From assembly GCA_951406725.2 (NCBI GenBank), contig OX597833.1, positions 40,176,001 to 40,240,000 on the forward strand: DNA of 64,000 nt, in the 5' to 3' direction. Below are positions 1-13,737 of the stretch, piece after piece. Below the pieces are notes generated by a model. It had not been told where the DNA came from. It ran no database searches and was given only the letters and a program-made list of their open reading frames with translations. How positions within the stretch are numbered: the stretch's first letter is position 1; each line of letters opens with the position of its first letter. Source of the stretch: Octopus vulgaris (Eukaryota). Both the position numbers and the translations under genes were made by a program.

Positions 1-199
1 ACATGCAGGTTGCTGACTACGTGTTGCCAACCCATCAGGTCTGTGTGCTTCACCATCTTCCCATCACCGCAGGACTTGTGAATAAAAATAAAATAAATAT
101 ATACTAAAAATAGATAAATATATACTAAAAATAAAGATACATATATACTGAAAATAAAATAAATATATATATAGGGAAAAAAAAAGCAGCACATATTGA

Positions 200-735
200 G
201 CAGAGTTCAGTAATACCTGTGCAGAGTTTTAGGTCCAATAAGGCTTACACAACACCTCATAGACCCTCTCCATTCCATTGACATTATCTCAGAGACAAGC
301 CAGAGTGAGATATCTGGTGCCAATATGAGTTGCAGGTTCATGGATGTGGGAGTGCTATGATCTCTAGCACAAACCAAAGATCCCTGAAATGTCCAATGCC
401 ATATCCTGCATATCTGGTTTTATATCAGAGTGACCTTCTCTTAGAGATATGCTTCAAAAGAAGCTGAGAGGTACCTCACTCCCAGTGGTCTTCTAATATA
501 CCAGACACTATCTTAGAATTTCTGCGTACCCATGCTATTGTTAGATAGCCATTGAGCCTGCACTATATTCATCCGACCTTTCAACAGGTTTTGTTTTTAA
601 TCCTGCTGGATTTCAAGCAACCTTCCTTACCAGGGTAACCTGGTGGGGGTGCCAGTTTAATTGCCGACAACCTGGCTATGCAACAAGTTGTACTGGATTC
701 CCTGTTACCAGTAGCACTTGTGAGAGCTTCATAAG
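200..735. mobile_element. Possible old non-LTR retroelement fragment
   Basis: Complex, more GC-rich island between simple repeats; the minus strand loosely resembles an RTE-type UTR; no clean protein motif and no second copy in the window. Confidence 0.2.
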
Positions 736-829
736 TGACAATACAATTGTACATACATACATATATACATACATACATACATACATGCATACATGCATAC
801 ATGCATGCATACATTCATACATACATACA

Positions 830-1232
830 GCTAACTGGCTTCTGTGCCGGGGACATGTAAAACGCACCATTCGAGTGTGATCGTTACCAGTGTCGCCTTA
901 CTGGCACTTGTGCCAGTGGCATGGGAAAAAAACATTCAAGCAAGGTTATTGCCAGTGCCGTTGGACTGGCTCTTGTGCAGGTGGCACGTAAAAAACACCA
1001 TTTGAGCATGGCCGTTGCCAGTACCGCCTGACTGGCTCTCACACCGTTGGCATGTAAAAGCACCCACTACACTCTCGGAGTGGGTGGCATTAGGAAGGGC
1101 ATCCAGCTGTAGAAACTCTACCAGATTAGATTGGAGCCTGGTGCAGCCATCTGGTTCGCCAGTCCTCAGTCAAATCGTCCAACCCATGCTAGCATGGAAA
1201 CGGACATTAAACGATGATGATGATGATGATGA
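830..1232 (+). mobile_element. Family A: 5'-truncated RTE LINE 3'UTR copy
   Basis: About four ~60-bp tggcacgtaaaa(g)cacc units, then actacactctcggagtgg..taggaagggcatccagctgtagaaac, ending in a (GAT)n tail; same sequence follows the RTE ORF at 34469-35145. Confidence 0.85.
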
Positions 1233-1372
1233 TTCCCTTCTCAGATTCATGCACTTATTGCAGTGGTCCTTCACTTTTTTCTCAGTCCTGTAGAAGAACT
1301 CAGATGGTTGGTCCTCCAACCAGATCTTTCATGATATCCTTAAAACCAAAAACTATTCAGCAGCCCTTCCTA
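1233..1372 (+). mobile_element. Right half of mariner-type MITE
   Basis: Homologous to the right halves of 5660-5870 and 25068-25283 (ctcagattcatgcacttattgcagtggtccttca...ttcagcagcccttccta). Confidence 0.6.
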
Positions 1373-1707
1373 TCTATAGTTTTAGATGAGTGTGTGTGTG
1401 TTTGTTTTTGAGTATGCATTGTATATGAATGTATGTGTGTGGTTGTGTATTTGCATGTATGTGTCCAATCGTGCATGTGTCATTGGGGAGCATATAAGTG
1501 CATGCATATGTATGCTTGTGTGAGCATTTCTGTATGTGATGCATACATATTTATATGCATATCTGCATGTGTTTATGTGTGTGTGTGGTGTATAAGCAAT
1601 TTTGTGTGTATGCATGAGTGTGTGTGGTGTGTGTGAGTGTGTAACTGTGTTTGTGAATGCATGTCCATATGGATTTGTGGTGCATATGTGGTGGGTGTAT
1701 GTGAGAG

Positions 1708-1746
<39 letters not shown>

Positions 1747-1859
1747 ATGAATGTAATGGTCAAATCTATATTGGTTATAAAAGGATGTTTATTCACATTG
1801 AGTGATTCTTTTCTTCAAGGTGTGCAAAGAGGTTAATGTAGAATGAACTCATTGCTCTG

Positions 1860-2357
1860 CAAATATAATCATAATAATAATAATAATAATCATATAATTA
1901 ATAAAACTTGTAACAATCATGGTGATGACGATGCTGACGACCATGATGATCACAGACATAACAGTTATGATGATGATGATGATGATGATAACGATGATGC
2001 CGATAACGATGATGATGATGATAACGATGATGATGATAACGATGATGATGATGAAGATGATGATGATGATACTGCAGCTGCTGATGATGATGATAATGAT
2101 GACAACAACAAATTGCTGATGGTGATCATGTGATAAAAATGATGATGATGATGAGGAGGAGGAGGAAGATGACGAGGAGGAGGAGGAGGAAAATGATGAC
2201 GACAGTGACAATGATGATAACAACAACAACAACAACGACAATGACAACAACAACAGCAACGACAGGGATGCCAATGATGCTGAAATGATGACGTTGATGA
2301 TCATGATGGTGAGGTTATTGATGTTGATGGCAATCATGCTGATGATGATAGTAACAA

Positions 2358-2391
<34 letters not shown>

Positions 2392-2510
2392 GGTGGTGGT
2401 GGTGATGATGATGATCACCACCATCATCATCATCATGCTGACGATGATGATACTGATGATCATGATCATGACAATGATGATGATGATGATGACGACTGAC
2501 GAATGACGAT
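1860..2510. repeat. Compound trinucleotide repeat (GAT/GAC/GAG/AAC/GGT)n
   Basis: Seen directly; source of the poly-D/M/V/I pseudo-ORFs. Confidence 0.95.
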
Positions 2511-4214
2511 AAAATATTTGGGATTGTGCTTCATTTACCACAACAATCCTTCATTAAATCAATTTTAAGTGTTTCTATTGTTATTATGATTCACCAGATA
2601 TTCTTCTGATAAAACATTTTCAAACTGGTTCCATTTTTCTTCCTATTTTTTTGGCTTTTAATATTATTATTGTTGTTGTTGTTGTTGCTGTTGTTGTTGT
2701 TGTTGCTGTTGTTGTTGTTTTGATTTCTATGTTTTTATATGTTTTACTCTGTGTGTATCAGAACAGGATTGGGCTGGGGTTGGGGGGGTCTTTGTATTTG
2801 TATTTTATGAGTTTTTTGGGTCTTTTCTTTTTTTTTTGCAATCTTCTTTTTCTTATTTGTTTCATTTTCTTCCTTTCTTTCTAATCCAAACAAGCTTTAT
2901 GATTAAACTCCACCCAAAACACAACAGAGCTGACCAGAAAAACAGAATGGCTTTCAAGGAACAAACATGGCTGATGACAAGATGGCTTAGCATTATTCAT
3001 TTTTCCATTAATTATTAAAGGATGCACTCAATAAAAGTAGCCTAATTTGATTGCTAGTTATGTTGTTGTTATTTTCCCTCCAATTTTTTTCATGTTTTAT
3101 TCATTTTCTTTGGTTATTTTATTGATTGTTTTCTTTTTCTCTCTCTCCCTCTTCTGTATTTGTCTTGAAATTTCATTCAATTAGACTGTTCATTTATATT
3201 GTCTTCTTCAATCCAGTTTTCAAACAAACTGCGTTCATATTCCTGTCACATCTCATGGATATTGCTTTCCATTTTGCTCGTACAAATGGCAGAGAAGATT
3301 ATTAAAAGCAAATAACAGGATTATTTTTTTTATTTAAAATTTTGCCCTTCATTTAATTTTTCTTTTTCCTTTATTCAATGAAGGTCATAATATTTTTTTC
3401 TTTTTAATTATTCCCACCACTATAATTTTTTTTTCCTTTCTTATTCCTCTCTGAGGGCTTTCATTTTAGATTTTGGTTTTGCTTTCAATTTTAGTTTCTG
3501 TCCATTGATGCAAAAATTCTCCACCAAAAATTTAGTTTTGTCAGGTTCTTTTGTTTTTTTTAAATTATACATTTTGTTTTAGCTTTTAAAAGGGAACAAA
3601 ACATAATTATAAAAGAAGGTTCATCCATTATTAATTGATGGATTTTAGTTATTACTATTTTAAGAGACTTTGCTATAATACTCTTGAAGGCAACAAATAA
3701 TTGCTAAATAAGAAAATAGAATTGGAACTATTTAAGGAGTTCATATTATTATCACTTAAAACTCTTTGTTATTAAACTCTACTTCATGAATTTAGCTATT
3801 GTTTGTAAAAAGAAAGTAACTTTACAAAAAATGTATCTTTAATATTCTTTAGGACTTTGATTTATCAATAGGCATGCGTGGATTTATTAGCAGCAGCATT
3901 TTATGTCCATTTGTACTCATTACCTGCACACTGCTTCTTCATTTGTCATGTACACTAACAGAGAAAAGCAGTTAATCTTTGTCGTTGTGGACGTAATGCT
4001 TATTTGATACGGATGTTGCAGCTAGATGTCCATCTTGTCTGCCTTGTAGCAGTTTCTTTTCAGGGTTACTGTTCTCTTAGGCAGGTTCCTTTCATTGTGA
4101 CTGGCAGAATTTACATCTTCTCTATTATATGTGTGTGTGTATGTGTGTGTGTGCAAGTGTGCATGCATGTGTGTATGCACGTGTGTGAGTGTGTATGCAT
4201 GTATGTGTGTGTAG

Positions 4215-4350
4215 GGGTATGGTCTAGTGGCGAGAGTACTTGGCTCAAGATCGCAAGATTGCGTGTTCACTTCCTGGACCAATTTGCACATTTATTCATA
4301 AGCAAGGATTCTCATTTCATGTTGCTCCAATTTACTCAGCTCTAAATGAA
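4215..4350 (+). mobile_element. Degenerate tRNA-head SINE fragment (family D-like)
   Basis: tggtctagtgg A-box-like motif; tttcatgttgctccaatttactcagct matches 28047-28072. Confidence 0.45.
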
Positions 4351-4506
4351 TACCAACAAATTAGTATTACAACTCTCTCTCTCTCTCTCTCTCTCTTGTT
4401 CTCTCTCTCTCTCTCCCTTTCTCTTCATATATCACACTATGGATGTTCTACAGGGTCAAGATTGCAGGAGTTGAGTGTTTATAGTTACTAAGAAAACAGT
4501 ATGCAC

Positions 4507-4507
<1 letters not shown>

Positions 4508-4594
<87 letters not shown>

Positions 4595-4624
4595 TTATCT
4601 ATCTATCTATCGATCGATCGATCG

Positions 4625-4656
<32 letters not shown>
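4508..4656. repeat. (TCTA)n microsatellite with a short internal (TCGA)n block
   Basis: Seen directly. Confidence 0.95.
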
Positions 4657-4857
4657 GTGATACACGATCTCTATTGATCGGTCCCATTTTTTTTTCACGA
4701 TCCCTTTTGATCAGAATCCGAACCCTTTCTGTTTTTTGTCTTCTCTTCTTCCCAAAAAGAAAAGCTCTACTTTGCATTTTGTCCCTTCTGTGTTCATCCC
4801 TGCATGGCCAATAAAGAAATCTATCTATATATCTATATATATATATATATATATATG

Positions 4858-5251
4858 TTCGTTGCCAGCCTCGGCTGGCCCCCCGTGCCGGTGACACGTA
4901 AAAGCACCGCCCGTTCGTGGCCGTCTGCCAGCTCTGTCTGGCCCCGTGTCGGTGGCACGTAAAAGCACCATCCGTTCATGTCCGTTGCCAGCATCGCCTG
5001 GCCCCGTGCCGGTGACACATAAAAGCACCATCCGTTCGTGGCCGTTTGCCAGCTCTGTCTGGCACCTGTGCAGGTGGCACGTAAAAAACACCCACTACAC
5101 TCGCGGAGTGGTTGGCGTTAGGAAGGGCATCCAGCCGTAGAAACACTGCCAGATCTGACTGGGCCTGACGAAGCCTTCCAGCTTCACAGACCCCAGTTGA
5201 CCCGTCCAACCCATGCTAGCATGGAAAGCGGATGCTAAATGATGATGATGA
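4858..5251 (+). mobile_element. Family A RTE 3'UTR copy with four GC-rich ~60-bp units
   Basis: Units gccagN6ctggc...ggtg(g/a)cacgtaaaagcacc, family A core and (GAT)n tail. Confidence 0.9.
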
Positions 5252-5267
5252 TATATAGACACACACA

Positions 5268-5468
5268 TATTCTTTTATTCTTTTACTTGTTTCAGACATT
5301 TGATTGCAGCCATGCTGTAGCACCGCCTTTAGTCGAACAAATCAAGCCAGGACTTATTCTTTGTAAGCCTTGTACTTACTCTATTGGTCTCTTTTGCTGA
5401 ACCACTAAGTTACAGGGATGTAAACATACCAGCATTGGTTGTCAAGCGATGGTGGGGGACAAACACAG

Positions 5469-5500
<32 letters not shown>

Positions 5501-5650
5501 GATGGGCTTCTTTCAGTTTCTATCTACTAAATCCACTCACAAGTCTTTGGTTGGCCTGAGGCTATAGTAGAAGACACTTTCCCAAGGTTCCATGCAGTGG
5601 GATTGAATCCAGAACCATGTGGTTGGGAAGCAAGCTTCTTACCACACAAT
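5268..5650 (-). mobile_element. Family B SINE (tRNA-like head, internal microsatellite, taaaagag-type tail)
   Basis: Reverse complement of 38803-39218; internal (CA)n. Confidence 0.85.
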
Positions 5651-5659
5651 ACAAATATA

Positions 5660-5870
5660 TACAAGTGGCTGCTGAAAAGTACCTGGCTTTGGTAAAAAAA
5701 AAAAATACAGGAGGATCAGATAACTATGATTTTATTCAACATATTCCCCTCTCAGATTCACACACTTATGGCAGTGGTCCTTCAGTTTTTATAAGCCTTG
5801 TAAAAGAACCCAGAAGACTGTGTTTCCAACTACGCCTTTCACAATATTCTCAAAGCCATTAACTTTTCAG
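5660..5870 (+). mobile_element. Mariner-type MITE
   Basis: Degenerate TIRs tgctgaaaagt / acttttcagta; homologous to 25068-25283. Confidence 0.65.
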
Positions 5871-5877
5871 TAAGTGT

Positions 5878-6277
5878 ATTTACTCTTTTACTTGTTTCAG
5901 TCATTTGACTGCGGCCATGCTGAAGCACCGCCTTTAATCGAGCAACTCGACCCCGGGATTTATTCTTTTGTAAGTCCAGTACTTATTCTATCGGTCTCTT
6001 TTGCCGAACCGCTAAGTTACGGGTTCATAAACACACCAGCATCGGTTGTCAAGCAATGCTAGGGGGACAAACACAGATACACAAACACACACATGCATAT
6101 ATATATATATATACGACAGGCTTCTTTTCAGTTTCCGTCTACCAAATCCACTCACAAGGCTTTGGTCGGCCTGAGGCTATAGTAGAAGACACTTGCCCAA
6201 GGTGCCAGGCAGTGGGCCTGAACCCGGAACCATGTGGTTGGTAAACAAGCTACTTACCACACAGCCACTCCTGCGCC

Positions 6278-6280
<3 letters not shown>
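5878..6280 (-). mobile_element. Family B SINE, near full length
   Basis: High similarity to 38803-39218; internal (TA)n. Confidence 0.9.
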
Positions 6281-6314
<34 letters not shown>

Positions 6315-6317
<3 letters not shown>

Positions 6318-6435
6318 GGCACATGGTTCAGTGATTAAGGTGTTGCACTCATGATTGTGAGATTGTGGGTTCAATTCCCAGACCGGACATTGCGTTGTGT
6401 TCTTGAGCAAAGCACTTCATTTCATGTTGCTCTGC
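6315..6435 (+). mobile_element. Family D SINE 5' part
   Basis: tRNA-like head with B box gggttcaattcc; homologous to 27940-28060. Confidence 0.7.
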
Positions 6436-6614
6436 AGTGGCACCCATTGCACCTGTACAGATAATGTCGATTTGATGGAGGGAGTGAGCTTAAGTGTATA
6501 CAAACATTTGATTACTCTAAACAAATCATCTGTGTGGTCGTTTGGTAAGAAATTGTTGAGCCGTCATACATTCTAACAATGCACAGGTTCTATTTTGCTT
6601 CCTCACATTGTTCA

Positions 6615-6980
6615 TTCTGTGAAGTGGTTGACTTTGGGAAGGGCATCCAACCAGAGAAACCAAAACAAGAATGAAAGTTACATAAATGCAATATGGCCCT
6701 TCAACCCGCCGAGGAGGGCACCAACAATCAATCCATCAACCCATACCAGGAAGGAAAGTGGATGTAAAAAGATGAGGATGATGGTGATAGCAATGATGGC
6801 AACAATGAAGAAAATGACAACAATGATTCCATTAATGATGATGGTGGTGGTGGTGGTGGTGGTGGTGGTAATGACAATGATGATGATGACGGCGACGATG
6901 GTGGCAGCAGCAGCGGTGGTGGTGGTGGTGGTGGTGGTGGTGATGATGATGATAACGATGGTGGTGGTGGTGGTGATGAC
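6615..6980 (+). mobile_element. Degenerate family A end with expanded (GAT/GGT)n tail
   Basis: gtggttgactttgggaagggcatccaacc...aacccatacc...ggaaagtggatgtaaaa followed by the trinucleotide tract. Confidence 0.65.
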
Positions 6981-7654
6981 ATACAGCACTATTTATATGT
7001 AGGATGCTCTTTATAGTCATAACAATAAGGTAAATTTGAACAATGTTTTATAAAGTCTTATTATGTATGTTAAGTATGACCATATATTCTATTTAAATGT
7101 CAACATATTATGTTTAGAAATGAAGATAGGTAACTATGGCAATGAAGGCCAAAAAAATGAATGCTGCTTATAGAATAGGAGTTGTTAGTGGAATGATTAA
7201 ATACATTGACTTCCAAAATTTCACAAATAACACAGTGTAGCAAAATTCCTATTTTCTTTCTTTTTTTTTTCCTTTGGACAGTAAATGTTATTTCCTTTTT
7301 GCTTCTTTCTAGAAATCAAAGGAAATGACTACTATTCCCTTCAGATTTTGCTTTTGTGACCTGGTCATCAATATTTTGAAACTGATCTATTTTCCATTAC
7401 ATTTCAGATTCAGTACTAAGTTGATGAAGCAGAAATATTGTTATAGCAAATATACTGCTCAATACCACAGATTTGCTTGTCAGTTGCTTGATATGTCCCT
7501 TAGTGGCTGACAATATGTGTATCTCTGATCATGAGCAGGAGTAGTGAGGGAGGCATCATAGCCATGTGTTGAGAAGGATTTTTGTGGGCTTGAATAAATG
7601 TAACAAAAGCAAAGTTTGAACCATTTCCCGAACCATATTAACCATCTTTCATAG

Positions 7655-8370
7655 TTTCTAGGGATGAGCAAATAGGAAATAACAGTTACAACCAACCCAA
7701 GGACAAAATTCATGCTATACAGTGTATACAGTTATAAAAAGTTATACAGTTATAAAAAGTAAAGCTGTCTTTAGTGGAATTTGAATGCAAGCAAACAAAA
7801 GAAATACTGTAATTCATTTTATCCAATATCTTGTGGATTCTGCAAATTTATCACCCTGACATGTTTAGAAATGATGGCTTCAACATTTTTGTTTTGTTGT
7901 TTGTTTTTTGTTGTTGTTGTTTTTTTTTTGGGGGGGGTTTCAGTATGAGAGTAACAATTCTGGTAAGATGGAGCTAGTCAACAACATCATCTCCAGAGTT
8001 CAACAGGTACTTATTTATTTTATCAACACTGAAAAAAAAATGGCAAAGTCAACCTCAGCAGCATTTAAACCCAGAATGTAAAAAGCAGGAAGAAACATCA
8101 CTAAGCATCTTACCTGACATCTGGTTGATTCTACAAGCTTGCTTCATCAAATAATCCTTTCTACAATAGGCACAATGCCTGAAATTTGAGGGGAGGGGAC
8201 TAGTCAATGACATCAACCCCAGTGTTTCGCTGGTACTTAAGTTATTGACCTTGAAAGAATGAAAAGCAAAGTCAAGTTTAGCAGAATTTGAACTCAGAGC
8301 ATCAAGGTGAACGAAATACCACTAAGCATTTCACCCATGTGCTAATGATTCTTCTAGTTCACCACCTTAT
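7655..8370 (-). mobile_element. Cluster of about three degenerate family E SINE copies
   Basis: Recurring gaaagaatgaaa..caaagtcaac..gcagaatttgaactcagag motif as in 55198-55430 (about 7760-7855, 7975-8145, 8155-8370). Confidence 0.7.
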
Positions 8371-8449
8371 TATGTTGAAATAATAACAAGGGAAATGTGA
8401 GTCAGCAAATATATTATAGAAATGTATTACATTAAAATTCTTTCTTTTT

Positions 8450-8646
8450 TTTTTCCTTTATTTGTTTCAGTCATTTGACTGTGGTCATGCTAGAGCACCA
8501 CCTTTAGTCAAGCAAATCAAGCCCAGGATTTATTCTTTGTAAAGCCTTGTACTTATTCTATCGGTCTCTTTTGCCAAACCGCTAAGTGACGGGGACATAA
8601 ACACACCACCATCAGTTTTCAAACACAGACACACACACACACACAC

Positions 8647-8685
<39 letters not shown>

Positions 8686-8827
8686 GCTCCTTTCAGTTTC
8701 CATCAACCAAATCCACTCACAAGGCCTGAGGCTATAGTAGAAGACACTTGCCCAAGGTGCCACGCAGTGGGACTGAACCTAGAACCATGTGGTTGGTAAG
8801 CAAGCTACTTTTCATACAGCCACTCGT
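8450..8827 (-). mobile_element. Family B SINE
   Basis: Homology to other B copies; internal (CA)n(TA)n. Confidence 0.85.
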
Positions 8828-9229
8828 GGAGAAATTATGTTGTAGGGCAGTAGTAGCATTAGTGATGTGTAGTATTATAGTGGTACTGATGTTGTTAGGT
8901 ATAGTTGTGGAATTTTGCCAGTATAGGAATGGTAAGTGCAATATAATGGTAGTTTTGTGTAATACAATGGTAGCGATATGTGAGATAATGTGTCGTACAG
9001 TTGAGGTAATAAGTGACACAGTCATGAGGATGGGAGTGCTGGTGGTGGTGGTGGTGGTGGTGATGGTGGTGGTGGTGGTGGTGGTGGTGGCAGTGTTGGT
9101 TGGTATCGTATACCACTGGTGCTCAGTGGTATGATGCTGTGTTGTATGATGTGCTATTAGTAATACACAGCGTACTAAAATAGAAAGTAATGGAAGTAAA
9201 GTTGCTCATAGTTTTAGAGAATATGTTGT

Positions 9230-10045
9230 ATGATTGTGTGTGTGTGTGCGTGCGTATGTGCGTGCGTGTGTGTGTGTTAGTGTTTCTGTGTGCTTATGCG
9301 AAACTATTTATCCATTCCTTTCTCTCAAGAAAATATGTATGTGAGTGTGTATGTATATGTGTGTGCTTGTGTGTATGTGTGTGTGTGTGTGTGCTTGTGT
9401 GTGTATGTATGTGTGTGTGTACATAGATACAAACACACACACACATGCACACACACCTATACTATACATATATAAAATCCTAAACCATGCTACTTTTACA
9501 CATACATACATACACACAACATATGTGTGTGTATGTGTGTGTGTGTGTGCATTTGTGTGTATAAACGCAGGTGTGTGTGTATATAATACATTTATATATA
9601 CACACATTCATACATATATATATATATATACACATACACACACATGCTCACATGCACACACACACACACACTCACACACACACATATACATATATGCAAA
9701 TGTATGGTTGTATGTCTATGTATGTATGTGTATGTATACATATATATATGTGTGTGTGTACATTCATACATACACATGTATGTATGTATATATATACACA
9801 CACACATATATAAATGTGTGCATTTGTGCATGTATGTATATATGTATGTAAATTTATATATTTATGTCTATGTATGTGCGTGTATGTATATATGTGTGTA
9901 TATATATATATATGTATATGTATATGTATGCATGCATGTATGTATGTATGTATGTATGTATGTATGTATGTATGTATGTATATGTATATGTATACACTGA
10001 CATACACATGTATACATACATGCACACGCATACAGATGCATGTAT
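9230..10045. repeat. Compound (TG/CA/TA/TATG)n tract
   Basis: Seen directly. Confidence 0.95.
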
Positions 10046-10576
10046 GCTTCTAGTAAATTAAGACCTACATAGACTCTGCTCTGACTCACTGCCTCACCAT
10101 AAAATGTGAATTACACGTGAATTATAGCTAATTATATTAGCAAGCCAAATATGGCTGCCATATTTAAGTATGTTGGACACATTCAGATAACTCGGACACC
10201 AATGGCATTATTATTATTATTATATTCACATTCAATTGGAATGATCCAGATTCTTATTGAAATTGCTATGAACTGATAATAGATAACCAGCTTGAAATGG
10301 TGAGTTGGCGGTGTTCTTTCAGTCAAGTTTTAAGTAGGTTCACTAATTCCCCGCCATTATCATTGAGAACTTTGTCAAGTAATATTCATCTTGTGTATAA
10401 ATATTCTCACATTATGTCTGTCCGTTTGCCTGTATGAGCATCTGTTTGTTTGCCTGTCTGTCTACCTGCCTATCTCCCTGTCTGTTTCTTCAGCGATGAG
10501 GTTGACCATTTCTACAGTTGAATGTCTGTTAGTCTGTCTGTACATCTGTTTGTCTGACTAAATCTGTATTTGTGAA

Positions 10577-10637
<61 letters not shown>

Positions 10638-10668
10638 CTATTTATCTCTCTCTCTCTCTTTCTCTATC

Positions 10669-10725
<57 letters not shown>

Positions 10726-10759
10726 TTATCTCTCTCTCTCTCTATCTATCTATTTATCT

Positions 10760-10799
<40 letters not shown>

Positions 10800-11027
10800 T
10801 CTTCACTCTTACTGTCATGGTTGTGTAGTTAAGAAGCTCATTTTGCAACCACGTAGTTTCAGGTTCAATCCAGCTTCTTCTAATACAGCCTGCAGTTGAA
10901 CGATGCCTTGTGGGTGAAATTTGGCAGTCAAAAACACACACATAAACTTACACACATACACACATATATCATCACCATCATCATCATCATCATCACTACC
11001 ACCACCACCACCACCACCACCATCATA

Positions 11028-11445
11028 TTTTTATCTTTTATCTTTTACTTGTTCCAGTCATTAGACTGAGGCCTTGCTAGAGCACTGCCTTGAAGAATTG
11101 TTAGCCAAATACCTCAACCCCAGTACTTATTTTTATAAGCCTCGTACTTATTCTATCAATCTCTTTTACTGAATGCTAGGTGACAGGGATGTAAACACAC
11201 CAGCATCGGTTGTCAAGCAGTGGTGGTGGGGTGTTGGGGACAAACATACACACAAAGACACACACACACACACACATAGATATATACACATACACATATA
11301 CATGATGGGATTCTTTCAGTTTCTGTCAACCAAATCCACTGACAAGACTTTGGTTAGCCCAATGTTATAGTAGAAAACCCTTGCCCAAGGTGCAGTGGGA
11401 CTGTACCCAGAACCAAGTGGTTGGAAAGCAAGCTTCTTACACGCA
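11028..11445 (-). mobile_element. Family B SINE
   Basis: Homology to other B copies. Confidence 0.8.
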
Positions 11446-11566
11446 CACTGGTATAGGTTGTCACAGCCTGAGTTTCCTTTCCCCTTTGGGAGTTACCATT
11501 CCCAAAGATTAAGGTACTCATACCTAATATTTGGCTTAATTTCTATGAGTGGATGTCCCTTCTTAA

Positions 11567-11783
11567 CCCTTTTGCTACCATATTTCTGTCGAGATGCTCT
11601 GTGTTTCTTCCAATTAATTTTGAATATAATAAAGAATTTAGTAAAATAACTTAGTTATCATTAAGCTAGTGTTAGGAACATAAATTGTGACTAAGGTTTG
11701 ATGGAAGATTTTGATTTAAAACTTTTGAAAACAGAACATTTGTACAACCAGGGGCAGTTTCAGGTGGGTTGGTATCAAAAGGG
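11567..11783. mobile_element. piggyBac-type MITE inserted in a degenerate minus-strand family A copy
   Basis: TTAA at 11563-11566 and 11784-11787; TIRs cccttttgctacca / tggtatcaaaaggg; flanks rejoin as ggatgtcccttcttaatgccaaccactc (family A core). Confidence 0.85.
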
Positions 11784-12320
11784 TTAATGCCAACCACTCT
11801 ACAAAGTGTACTGGGTGTATTTTCTCATAGCACCACCACTATAGAGGTTGAATAGTCCTGAGTGAGACAGGACTAGAAGGATCTCATAACCTTACACTTT
11901 CTGAGCTCCTTTAACCAATCACTTTATAGTGTGAACAGTTGGAGATAGGGTTTGTACCCAGTAAATGTAAATTTGGAGAGGGAACAATGATGACAGAAAG
12001 GGCCAGATATGGGTATTTGAGAGATGGGATAGGGAATAAATGTAGGTATAAAAAGTACTCATTAAATTAGGACATGTACATTGGTATAAGTGACCCAGAA
12101 TGGGATTTGGAGAGATAGAAAAAGACATTTGAAGAACTAGAATGGTTGGAAGAGTAGCAGGAATGAGAGTATAATGGGAAAAAGGTAGAAATATGTAGGG
12201 GTGGTCAGTTGGAGAGTAAGTGATTGGGAGTAGCAAATGGATACAGGTATAGATGATGGTGATGAGATCAAGGTGAGAGTATGTAGGAGTGAGAGAAGTG
12301 ATTAGCAATTACAAAGGTAA

Positions 12321-12907
12321 TCATCATCATCATCATCATCATTTAACGTCCACTTTCCATGCTAGCATGGGTTGGACGATTTGACTGAGGGCTGGCGAAC
12401 CAGATGGCAGCACCAGGCTCCAATCTTGATCTGGCAGAGTTTCTACAGCTGGATGCCCTTCCTAACGCCAACCACTCCGAGAGTGTAGTGGGTGCTTTTA
12501 CATACCACTGGCATGGGGGCCAGTCAGGTGGTACTGGCAATGACCTCGCTCGAATGTTTTTACACGTGCCACCGGCACAAGTGCCAGTAAGGCAATGCTG
12601 GTAATGATCACTCTCAAACGGTGCCTTTTACATGTCACCGGCACGGAAGCCAGTTAGCCACTCTGGCAATGATCACACTCGGATGGTGCTCCCAGCACCC
12701 CACCAGCACGGGGCACAAGTACCAGCAAGGCGATGCTGGCAACGATCCCACTCGAATGGTGCCTTCCACAAGTCACTGGTACGGAGGCCGGTTAGCCACT
12801 CTGTCAACGATCACACTCGCATGGTGCCCCCTGCACCCCACCAGCACAGATGCCAGTCATCAAACCCGACTTCGACCTCACCAGCCTCAACAGGTCCTCG
12901 CAAGCAG
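12321..12907 (-). mobile_element. Family A RTE 3'UTR copy, long (about six units)
   Basis: (CAT)n tail at left; far end caacaggtcctcgcaagca matches tgcttgagaagacctgttg in the UTR near 34777. Confidence 0.9.
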
Positions 12908-13319
12908 AGCCCAGCATCCATGAGATAAATGCAAGTGGAGGTGAAGGGTAGTAATAAAGGTGGTTCAGGGGAGAGAGAGTGTTGGCTAGTATCACAACAC
13001 AATGAAGTTAGAGTGTACTGGATATAGTAGCATAATGCTCCCATATAACAGGTCTGCTAAAGAACAAGAAGGCAAAATGATGAGATAAGTGTAGTCAAGA
13101 TAAGTGGTAAGAAGAGGAGATAAGAGAAAGAGAGCTATTGATGATAAGAAGACAAGTGAGAAGTGGTGAGCAATAGGTAAATGAAAATGGAGTGGGACAA
13201 GAATGTAAAGTGAGAAGAAACAAATACAGGCATGGCTGAGTATAAATATTGTGGCCACTAAACATTAGGCTTGAGTGAGAGTATGTGTTGCTGTGGTCTT
13301 CTGCAGCACTGCACATTTC

Positions 13320-13737
13320 TCTTTTATTTCTCTTTTAATTGTTTCAGTCATTTGACTGTGGCCATGTTGGAGCACTGCCTTTAGTCAAGCAAATCGACCC
13401 CAGGACTTATTCTTTGTAAGCCTAATACTTATTCTATTGGTCTCTTTTGCTGAACCACTACATTATGGGGACGTAAACACACCACCATCGGTTGTCAAGC
13501 AATGTTGGGGGGACAAACACAGACACACAAACATATATACACATGCATATATATATATATATACATATATATGACGGGCTTCTTTCAGTTTCCATCTACC
13601 AAATCCACTCACAAGGCTTTGGTCAGCCCAAAGCTATAGTAAAAGACACTTGCCCAAGGTGCCACACAGTGGGAATGAACTCGGAACCATTTGGTTGTTA
13701 AGCAAGCTACTTACCACACTGCCACTCCTGTACCTAT
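13320..13737 (-). mobile_element. Family B SINE, full length
   Basis: Homology to 38803-39218. Confidence 0.9.

Noticed and set aside
1843-2541. Poly-Asp, poly-Met and poly-Ile ORFs; likewise poly-Thr/Val at 19885-20569
   Set aside because: Trinucleotide repeats open in several frames on both strands.
7325-7600. Complex segment that may be an interspersed repeat or exon
   Set aside because: No second copy, termini or protein motif in this window to support a call.
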